Assembly (NCBI GenBank): GCA_950097015.1
Contig: CATNEN010000034.1
Span: forward strand, 2,356,001-2,420,000
Origin: Macrostomum hystrix
Lineage: Eukaryota > Animalia > Platyhelminthes
Length of the DNA: 64,000 nucleotides
Direction: 5' to 3'
Under the pieces are notes generated by a model. It was not told the DNA's origin. It did no database searches and saw only the letters and a list, made by a program, of their open reading frames with translations. The position numbers and the translations under genes are program-made. Positions 53,745-64,000 of the stretch are shown one piece after another; within the stretch, counting starts at the first letter, position 1, and every line of letters begins with the position of its first letter.

Positions 53745-54742
53745 CGAGATTGGGAGAATTTCAGAAATGGGAGAATTTAGAGAATGGGAGAGTTTCGGGA
53801 ATGGAAGAAATTTCGGGAATGGGAGAATTTCAGGATTCAGAGAATTTCGGGAATGCAAGAATTTAGAGAATGTGAGAGTTTAGAGAATAGGAGAGTTTTG
53901 GGAATGGTGGAATTTCGGGAATGGGAGAGTTTCGGGAATGTCAGAATATAGAGAATGGGAGATTTTCGGGAATTGGAGATTTTCGGGAATGGAAGAAATA
54001 TCGGGAATGGGAGAATTTAGAGAATGGGAGAATTTAGAGAATAGGAGAGTTTCGGTAACGGAAGAAATTTGGGGAATGGGAGAATTTCGGGAATGGGAGA
54101 GTCTCGGGAATGGGGGAATTTAGAGAATGGGAGAGTTTCGGGAATGTCAGAATATAGAGAATGGGAGATTTTCGGGAATGGGAGAATTTCGGGAATGGGA
54201 GAGTCTCGGGAATGGGGGAATTTAGAGAATGGGAGAATTTAGAGAATAGGAGAGTTTCGGTAACGGAAGAAATTTGGGGAATGGGAGAATTTCGGGAATG
54301 GGAGAGTCTCGGGAATGGGGGAATTTAGAGAATGGGAGAATTAGAGAATGGGAGAGTTTCGGGAATGGAAGAAACTTCGGGAATGGGAGAATTTCGTGAT
54401 TGAGAGAATTTCGGAAATGAGAGAATTTAGAGAATGCGAGAGTTTCGGGAACGGGGGGATTTCGGGAATGGGAGAGTTTCGGGAATGGGAGAATATAGAG
54501 AATGGGAGATTTTCGGGAATGGAAGAAACTTCGGGAATGGGAGAATTTCGTGATTGAGAGAATTTCGGAAATGAGAGAATTTAGAGAATGCGAGAGTTTC
54601 GGGAACGGGGGGATTTCGGGAATCGGAGAGTTTCGGGAATGGGAGAATATAGAGAATGGGACATTTTCGGGAATGGGAGAATTTCGGAAATGGGAGAATT
54701 TCGGGAATGAGAGAATTTAGAGAATGGGAGAGTTTAGGGAAT
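53745..54742. repeat. 17-bp satellite (GGGAATGGGAGAATTTC-like)n
   Basis: Visible, moderately diverged array. Confidence 0.92.
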
Positions 54743-55524
54743 GGGTTCGCAAGTACACAAAGAGCTTTATTTTGTAAGCTCATTTGATGATTTTGGCAAT
54801 TTTTTCTATTCCTAAAGAAAGGATAATTATGAGATACACGATCTATTGTTCAGTTATACAGCATAGCTATCAGGTAATCATCTACTAGAAGAAAATCCAT
54901 CCATGCAATTTTGTTGAAACTTGATCTGATCTATTCGATCATTGATGTTGAAAACGTGGGTTAATAGAGAACATAAGAGAATATACGGGACTATATGTAG
55001 ATAACTGACACTGCTTGACAACAAGGCCCCTAGTGTCTAGTTCACGTGTTTCTACGAATACCATGTAAGACTACATAGATTTTATCGCTGAATGGAAATT
55101 TTAGTTGAATCGAATATCTGATTATTATTACTATAATTATTATTCTATATAACATTATGAAGAGCTACTGCTATAATACAGGCCGCTCAAACGCTGTCAG
55201 ATTACCAAGTCTTTCAACTGACAGAGTTAGTATCTAGAACATGTCTTATACATGTCCAGGTGGCTCAATTTTTCAACACTGGTTGCTATGCTAATTAGCT
55301 ATAGAATGGAACAGTGTTTTAGAGACATGTAGCAACTAGCCATTGATGTCCGTAATAACCTTAATCACCTTAAATATCTAATGGATTTCACATTGAATTG
55401 AAGGATAGTTTCTAACCTATATACGACAGGATATATTTTACAGATAGCACTTCTAAGTTTTCAATTGCACAGTTTTAGAACCTAATAAAATGTTATCAGT
55501 ATTACCTGGTTTATGACCCCTCCT

Positions 55525-56235
55525 AAGATTTATGAGGACGGTAAGGTTTTTGACCCCCTCCCCTAAACTATTATCAGGACGGTGGGGTTTTTGACACCCT
55601 CCCCTAAACTATTATCAGGACGGTGGGGTTTTTGACACCCTCCCCGAAACTATTATCAGGACGGTGGGGTTTTTTGGCACCCCCCCGAAACTATTATCAG
55701 GACGGTGGGGTTTTTGACACCCTCCCCTAAACTATTATCAGGACGGTGGGGTTTTTGACCCCCTCCCCTAAACTATTATCAGGACGGTGAGGTTTTTGAC
55801 ACCCTCCCCGAAACTATTATCAGGACGGTGGGGTTTTTGACACCCTCCCCTAAACTATTATCAGGACGGTGGGGTTTTTGACACCCTCCCCTAAACTATT
55901 ATCAGGACGGTGGGGTTTTTGACACCCTCCCCTAAACTATTATCAGAACGGTGGGGTTTTTGACACCCTCCCCTAAACTATTATCAGGACGGTGGGGTTT
56001 TGACCCCCCTAAAAGGTTAACATAACTGTCAGGTTTTTCCCGCCCCTAGAATATTATTAGTAAGGTGGGGGTTTGACCCTTTCTAAAGTATTATTAGTAC
56101 GGTGGGTTTTTGACCCCTCCTAAAATTTATAATGACGGTGGAATTTTAGACCCCCGAAAAAATAATGAGATTTTAGACCCCCGAAAAAATTATGAGATTT
56201 TTGCCCTCCCTAAAAGATTATCAGTACGGTGGAGT
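55525..56235. repeat. 41-bp tandem repeat (CCCTCCCCTAAACTATTATCAGGACGGTGGGGTTTTTGACA)n with degenerate flanking copies
   Basis: About 11-12 near-identical units 55545-56010, degenerate to about 56235. Confidence 0.95.
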
Positions 56236-56495
56236 ATTTGGCCTGTTTGATCAATGACCACCGAAGACAGACAGGAATATAAGACACCAAGGAGGTTATA
56301 TTCAAATCTGAACTTCTTTCAAATCATTGACGACTGAGTTATGATTTTATTCCAGACATACAGCCACAGGGTTGGCTGTATCTGACCACTCTACCAGTGT
56401 TTCACATTTAGCCTCTAGCTAGATTAGAATAGTACAAACTTGCCCTTCCTCGAAGTAACAAACAAGCAAGTTAAAAAAAATTGTCCGCAACTCAC

Positions 56496-56682
56496 CCAAA
56501 TGGCTACCACCGGTCAGTTTCAAATCAGAACCAACTCGATCGATTTCCAATTGCGGCTGCTGCTGTTGCTCTCGCTCGATAGCCATTGCGCAAGCATATC
56601 CAGCAGAGCGTAGAATAATTGCCAGCAGTGCCAGCAGCTGGAGCTGATGATGAAAATGAAGAACCCGGCCTCTAGTTCCCAT
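56496..56682 (-). CDS. Putative signal-peptide-encoding first exon (gene unassigned; possibly distal unc-5 exon)
   Basis: MGTRGRVLHFHHQLQLLALLAIILRSAGYACAMA... 62 codons plus 1 nt, followed by a consensus donor G/GTGAGT; phase 1. Confidence 0.5.
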
Positions 56683-57229
56683 TTAAAGTACGAAGATCTT
56701 AGCTTGCTTCAATTAAAAAACATTTGCCTAATAAATACTAGATCTCCTTTGTTTAGTTCCGAGGAATTTAACAAGACTGTTTTAACTTGTTTTGACTTAT
56801 AACAACACTAAGCTTGTTCTTATAATGTTATTGCTAATCTAAAATGAATCTAAACCATCAAACCCCCCTGCCCTTTTTTCAACCATCTTCGCCTCACACC
56901 CGCCCCACTCCGCTAGACCCTCCCCAGCACTCGCCCGGCAAACCCCCTCCACACAAACCCCCCTCACCTCCCTCTCCTAGAATTGGTCCATCCCTCCATC
57001 TCGGACACCAACCCCAGACCAAGGGCCCAAACCAACCAAATCAATGCGTTTAATTTAGTCTCGTATCAACGATTAGGCTATTACTATAATGATGCCTTGA
57101 ATTTTCATAATCGCATCGAGATAAACAAATCTAGAACGACCCAAAATTTTTTTTCTTAATCTCAAAAAATTCTGTATTCTGCATTAACTCGATGGTCTTA
57201 ATTTCAATGGCCATGAAAATGCAGAACAC

Positions 57230-57830
57230 GGGCATAACAATATGAACAGTATAATCATAGAACTTGATTATATTGAATTCGGCACAGAGGTTTACACTGA
57301 GCAATGTTAATTGTCCTTGTCAACAGAGTCTCTTAACTTAGAGTTTAGGAGCTATCGTGAGGTAGGTAGTGGGTATTTGAAATACCCGAAGGGGTCTTTC
57401 AACAGTTTAATGTATATTTGTTCTGAATGCAGTACCATTCGAAATAAAAATATTCTGAAAATCAATTGCAAATCAATACGCTTTCATCGGTTTGACTGTT
57501 TTTACAGGAATCATAGTTTATTAATTTAGTTTAAAACAAACTGTCTTTGCCAATCGATGCATAGTTTTCATAGTATGCATAGTTTTTTAAACCAGCTTAT
57601 CACTGTCTCCTTCTACTTTAGTCTTTGTGTAGAATACACACGCAAGCAAGTTCTAATTCTGCACGGATACTAACAAAATATAGGTTAATAGGAAAACGAG
57701 AAACTGGGGTGGCTCACGGAAATGGAACTGGATCTTGGCTCGTGCCAGTGAATTTTTCTCATCCTCATGATAATTCTGCGTGCATATATATATGATACGC
57801 CACACAGAAATGAAAGTCACCTTGTCTCCC
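57230..57830 (+). pseudogene. Decayed coding fragment, tentatively Polinton-type DNA polymerase-associated region
   Basis: LNLEFRSYREVGSGYLKYP and NKNILKIN recall the GSGW..L.L.I..Y.P..GS.YI.LP...IN pattern (from memory, not searched). Contains stops and frameshifts. A related fragment lies at 23070-23180. Confidence 0.35.
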
Positions 57831-58439
57831 CTTGTTGTGTCATTGAAATCCCATGCTGAATCCATTGTGGTCTTTATCCACAGTCGCTTCCCTACATTAA
57901 TTTTGATACACTTGATTATGAGAAAAAGCATCCTTATTATAACAAATTCTAGGACAGATCCTCACAGGACCAGCCTGTTCTGGTTCGCAGACAATAATGC
58001 CACTTCTCCAAAGTTGCTTCAGCTTGCTTTCAGTGTTCGACCCTATTCTACCCTTTAAGCAACCGCTTCCTCACTTTCGTGTATCCAAGGCGGTCCGTGT
58101 CTAAGCATGAGCTTATTCTCTCTACATAAACACTCAGACTCACTCAATAATTAAAGTTTTTCCAACACAACCGATTTCCCGATGCATCACAGCATCGGAA
58201 ACAGCATAATGAAGTTGTCACAATTTTGCCTATAGGGTGCTGCGCTCAAAATAAATTCTCTCTTTGAAGGGGAGGTTGTATCGAAACGGTAAATCTCCGA
58301 TCAGACAAGTTTTGTAATAAGACGTTTTTATGCCAACGTAGCCACTTAAAAGCTCTGATCCTAAAAGCACGTCCTGTAATCGTTACAAGATCATTATTAC
58401 AAGAATCATGACCATTACAGATAGTTAAAATTGTTACAT

Positions 58440-59930
58440 TAGGAGGACTATTACAGGAAGCTAGATTATAATTGGAATTTTAAGGATTATTGCAGGAAGT
58501 TGGAGGATTATTGCAGGAAGTTGGAGGATTATTGCAGGAAGTTGGAGGATTATTGCAGGAAGTTGGAGGATTATTGCAGGAAGTTGGAGGATTATTGCAG
58601 GAAGTTGGAGGATTATTGCAGAAAGTTGGAGGATTATTACAGAAAGTTGGAGGATTATTACAGAAAGTTGGAGGATTATTACAGAAAGTTGGAGGATTAT
58701 TGCAGGAAGTTGGAGGATTATTGCAGGAAGTTGGAGGATTATTACAGGAAGTTGGAGGATTATTGCAGGAAGTTGGAGGATTATTACAGGAAGTTGGAGG
58801 ATTATTGCAGGAAGTTGGAGGATTATTGCAGGAAGTTGGAGGATTATTGCAGGAAGTTGGAGGATTATTACAGGAAGTTGGAGGATTTTTGCAGGAAGTT
58901 GGAGGATTATTGCAGGAAGTTGGAGGATTATTGCAGGAAGTTGGAGGATTATTGCAGGAAGTTGGAGGATTATTGCAGGAAGTGAGATTATTACAATCAG
59001 TTGGATTATTACAGTCAGCGGGATTATTACAGTCAGTAGGATTATTACAGTCAGTAGGATTATTACATTTAGTGGGATTATTACAGTCAGTGGGATTATT
59101 ACAGTCAGTAGGAGTATTACAGTCAGTGGTATTATTACAGTCAGTGGTATTATTACAGTCAGCGGGATTATTACAGTCAGTAGGATTATTTCAGTCAGTA
59201 GGAGTATTACAGTCAGTGGTATTATTACATTTAGTGGGATTATTACAGTCAGTAGGAGTATTACAGTCAGTGGTATTATTACAGTCAGGGGGATTATTAC
59301 AGTCAGTGGTATTATTACAGTCAGTGGTATTATTATAGTCAGCGGGATTATTACAGTCAGTAGGATTATTACAGTCAGTGGTATTATTACATTTAGTGGG
59401 ATTATTACAGTCAGTAGGAGTATTACAGTCAGTGGTATTATTACAGTCAGGGGGATTATTACAGTCAGTGGTATTATTACAGTCAGTGGTATTATTATAG
59501 TCAGCGGGATTATTACAGTCAGTAGGATTATTACAGTCAGTAGGATTATTACATTTAGTGGGATTATTACAGTCAGTGGGATTATTACAGTCAGTAGGAG
59601 TATTACAGTCAGTGGTATTATTACAGTCAGTGGTATTATTACAGTCAGTGGGATTATTACAGTCAGTGGTATTATTACAGTCAGTAGGAGTATTACAGTC
59701 AGTGGTATTATTACAGTCAGTGGTATTATTACAGTCAGTGGGATTATTACAGTCAGTGGGATTATTACAGTCAGTGGGATTATTACAGTCAGTGGTATTA
59801 TTACAGTCAGTAGGAGTATTACAGTCAGTAGGATTATTACAGTCAGTGGTATTATTACAGTCAGTGGGATTATTACAGTCAGTGGGATTATTACAGTCAG
59901 TGGGATTATTACAGTCAGTGGGATTATTTA
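58440..59930. repeat. Compound satellite: 21-bp (TTATTGCAGGAAGTTGGAGGA)n then 18-bp (TTATTACAGTCAGTGGGA)n
   Basis: Unit switch at about 58981. Confidence 0.95.
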
Positions 59931-60322
59931 ATTAATGGTAGAGATCTCCGGACACTAGAATTTTCCGGTTAAAGCATGATCTAGACACCGTTAGATTTCA
60001 GCCAAGGTCTAACGATATCAACCCTATAGATACTAACTTATCCCCGCACTGTTGCCAAGAGAAAAACTTATCCTCCACCCATCCGGCAGTGGAGGACTGT
60101 TTAGGATTTTTCCGTCATAAAAAACTTTCTCCCCCCAACTTTGTTTCTCGATGCTCCCCGAAAAAAACTGTTTTCCCACGGGAGGCAATATCTGCGTTGA
60201 GCGGATCGCTTTCAAATTCTTCTGCAGAGAGTGTCACAGAGCTGGCTTTGGTCGCTTTTTGGAGTGTCCCCCCCTGCATGGATGGCCGAACCAGCACTTT
60301 CCATTTGTCATCAGTTAGACCA

Positions 60323-60349
60323 AACACACACACACACACACACACACAC
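60323..60349. repeat. (CA)n microsatellite
   Basis: Visible. Confidence 0.9.
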
Positions 60350-60614
60350 TTTTGTGCTACGCATACAGTTGCTGTAACGTCAAATTAGCAGATAAATCTA
60401 TCAAATATTTTTCTAAGTCTTTTCCTCATTGGAATCCATTTCGAGTGCTTTTTGAATGCCTGATGGCCAGACGGCATCCTCTCTCGCTCTCTCGTTCTGC
60501 TTTACCCCCCATCTCCCTAGAATCTGCGTGAAATGGAAATTACGGACAAAATAGTCTACATTTTAGACTCGACACGCAAGAGACACACTGAAGAGACGAA
60601 ATAGATGCGGTGGG

Positions 60615-62640
60615 AATAGATGAGACCGGGGAGAGATGAGACAGGAGAGAGATGAGACACGGGAGAGATGAGACAGGGGAGAGATGAGACAGGGGACAGC
60701 TGAGACGCGAGAGATGAGACAGGGGAGAGATGAGACAGGGGAGAGATGAGACAGGGGAGAGATGAGTCAGGAGAGAGATGAGACACGGGAGAGATGAGAC
60801 AGGGGAGAGATGAGACACGGCAGAGATGAGACACGGCAGAGATGAGACACGGGAGAGATGAGACACGGGAGAGATGAGACACGGGAGAGATGAGACACGG
60901 GAGAGATGAGACACGGGAGAGATGAGACACGGGAGAGATGAGACACGGCAGAGATGAGACACGGCAGAGATGAGACACGGGAGAGATGAGACACGGCAGA
61001 GATGAGACACGGGAGAGATGAGACACGGCAGAGATGAGACACGGGAGAGATGAGACACGGCAGAGATGAGACACGGCAGAGATGAGACACGGGAGAGATG
61101 AGACACGGGATAGATGAGACACGGCAGAGATGAGACACGGCAGAGATGAGACACGGCAGAGATGAGACAAGGCAGAGATGAGACACGGCAGAGATGAGAC
61201 ACGGCAGAGATGAGACACGGCAGAGATGAGACACGGCAGAGATGAGACACGGCAGAGATGAGACACGGCAGAGATGAGACACGGCAGAGATGAGACACGG
61301 CAGAGATGAGACACGGGAGAGATGAGACACGGCAGAGATGAGACACGGCAGAGATGAGACACGGCAGAGATGAGACACGGCAGAGATGAGACACGGCAGA
61401 GATGAGACACGGGAGAGATGAGACACGGCAGAGATGAGACACGGCAGAGATGAGACACGGGAGAGATGAGACACGGGAGAGATGAGACACGGGAGAGATG
61501 AGACACGGGAGAGATGAGACACGGCAGAGATGAGACACGGCAGAGATGAGACACGGCAGAGATGAGACACGGCAGAGATGAGACACGGCAGAGATGAGAC
61601 ACGGCAGAGATGAGACACGGGAGAGATGAGACACGGCAGAGATGAGACACGGCAGAGATGAGACACGGCAGAGATCAGACACGGCAGAGATGAGACACGG
61701 CAGAGATGAGACACGGCAGAGATGAGACACGGCAGAGATGAGACACGGGAGAGATGAGACACGGGAGAGATGAGACACGGCAGAGATGAGACACGGCAGA
61801 GATGAGACACGGCAGAGATGAGACACGGCAGAGATGAGACACGGGAGAGATGAGACACGGCAGAGATGAGACACGGCAGAGATGAGACACGGCAGAGATG
61901 AGACAGGGACAGCTGAGACGCGAGAGATGAGACAGGGAGAGATGAGACACGGCAGAGATGAGACACGGCAGAGATGAGACACGGCAGAGATGAGACACGG
62001 CAGAGATGCGACACGGGAGAGATGAGACACGGGAGAGATGAGACACGGGAGAGATGAGACACGGCAGAGATGAGACACGGCAGAGATGAGACACGGCAGA
62101 GATGAGACAGGGGACAGCTGAGACAGGGCAGAGATGAGACACGGCAGAGATGAGACACGGCAGAGATGAGACAGGGGACAGCTGAGACAGGGGAGAGATG
62201 AGACACGGGAGAGATGAGACACGGCAGAGATGAGACACGGCAGAGATGAGACACGGCAGAGATGAGACAGGGGACAGCTGAGACAGGGCAGAGATGAGAC
62301 ACGGCAGAGATGAGACAGGGGAGAGATGAGACACGGGAGAGATGAGACACGGGAGAGATGAGACACGGGAGAGATGAGACACGGGAGAGATGAGACACGG
62401 CAGAGATGAGACACGGGAGAGATGAGACACGGGAGAGATGAGACACGGGAGAGATGAGACACGGGAGAGATGAGACACGGGAGAGATGAGACACGGGAGA
62501 GATGAGACACGGGAGAGATGAGACACGGGAGAGATGAGACACGGCAGAGATGAGACACGGGAGAGATGAGACACGGCAGAGATGAGACACGGGAGAGATG
62601 AGACACGGCAGAGATGAGACACGGGAGAGATGAGACACGG
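60615..62640. repeat. 16-bp satellite (GAGATGAGACACGGCA/GA)n, GAGATGAGAC family, about 2 kb
   Basis: Visible array of about 125 units. Confidence 0.97.
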
Positions 62641-64000
62641 GGTTGATCCGAAGCTACTTCCTCTAATGATTATTAGAATCTACTTTCTATGATTATCTGA
62701 GGCTACTTGGATTTTCCTTAGCTGAATAAACTAAATAAACAATATACTAATGTGTAACGTTACTTTTTCGACATCAGAGCCTCGTCTGATACTGTCTATA
62801 ATAAATTTGATAAATTCTAAATGCCACTTGGCCAAAAGCATCTGGCTTATTGGCCACCGATTCGGAAATATATTGAAGCCAATGCGGGTGACTTGTAAGC
62901 TCCCAAAATTCATAACAGGGGTAATAGCATAAAACATTCCAGTACAATACAACAAACATGTCAAGCCTGCCATGACTGGCTGGATTCAGTCTCAGTGTTA
63001 ACACTTGACCCTGATCATTGCGCGTGTCTCCCCATCCCGACAGTCGTGTTTTGCCATCATAAAAATTTATTCTCATACCGCTATGCCTTACAGCTATGTT
63101 GTATTCTGTATAATTCTGTATAGATTCTGTCGCTGACTATTTAATATTTATGGAGCTTGTACACCATATATAGGATGTGTAATCGCCATTATATAGTTAG
63201 TTGACTTTTTAAGGTGGTTGGTCCTCTAGAACTGATTTATATCGATTGTATATAATTTTCATAGATCGATAAATCATAATTGTGACAAGCCCAATTCAGA
63301 TTGTTACATATAATGTTATTTATCGTTGTTAAAATAGCTCGTAGAAAACTATAGATTATTTTTACCTGACATTATAATAGTCTATATTATTTATGCTATT
63401 AAAGCTTTGAGAACACACACGCAACAGGCATAGTAGACGTACTATATACTGCTTTAGCAGAATATGTAACATTTTAGTCAACCCTATTTAAATCTATAGC
63501 ATTATAGAGGATAATAGAGCCAATTTTTAATCAACAAAATTTTTATTCCTTTGTCTTTCTATCTATAAACAGAGAATTGGGATTTCACTTCTATATAACG
63601 TGAGATTAATCCCATTCGTAGCGCTCTGATTAGGAGCAACAATGGGATTGAGATCCCAAATGGTGTGCAGGATGAGTTGGGAGCTTCAGCTCAAATGCTC
63701 AATATGTGATCGTTGAATGATGCGGGAGGCCATGCATTCCACTTAGCTGAGGTGAGCGAAGCGAGCGAAGCGTGAAAGACTCTATGGGAATTGCACAACA
63801 GGATCAAGATGGCTTGATTGCGTGGAACCCACAGCTTCAACGTTTTCAGGTTCTTTTTTTCAACGCATCACAATCGCACTCTTTGTCCTGCTTTCAGCGG
63901 TCTTTGTATCAAGGGAGTTTGTAGATCTGCAAAATTTCTGTGTAAAAAAATTGATGAAATATCTGGATTCTAATTTTCTTAATGGGTCTATATTAGATTG

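Noticed and set aside
55525-56010. CRISPR-like look of the 41-bp array (and of 18477-18995)
   Set aside because: No unique spacers of constant length, no cas genes, eukaryotic context.
58175-58201. GC hairpin CCGATGC-ATCACA-GCATCGG as a Helitron 3' end
   Set aside because: No CTRR terminus at the expected distance downstream.
58490-59338. LQEVGGL / RKLEDYC coiled-coil-like ORFs
   Set aside because: Unit lengths are multiples of 3, so open frames are expected; no unique sequence or splice signals.
60540-62638. 688- and 623-aa ORFs on the minus strand
   Set aside because: Same artefact from the GAGATGAGAC satellite; also applies to ORFs at 11.2, 29.1, 34.3, 35.4 and 50.7 kb.

Overview
Eukaryotic, intron-rich animal genomic DNA; no prokaryotic features. 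GC-rich exons with polyQ/polyG runs, short introns and about 16 kb (roughly a quarter of the window) of minisatellites suggest a repeat-rich invertebrate such as a Macrostomum-like flatworm (inference only). From 5' to 3': (1) an Ikaros/Hunchback-type C2H2 zinc-finger ORF; (2) a tandem cluster of three intact 12-exon ionotropic glutamate receptor/IR-like genes plus one deleted relic (3.8-24.4 kb, + strand); (3) an 11-exon unc-5 netrin receptor on the minus strand (26.3-41.5 kb) with an apparent frame break or 28-nt micro-intron in ZU5 and a possible distal first exon at 56.5 kb; (4) a gene-poor 42-64 kb region of satellites, palindromic elements and decayed mobile-element fragments. The best candidate for an undescribed system is the receptor cluster. 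Its ATD exons and introns and its M4/C-tail exon are nearly identical between copies, the ligand-binding exons vary at pocket positions, and each copy keeps an RFX X-box-like motif just upstream of the ATG. All gene models, alignments and residue mappings were done by hand without tools.
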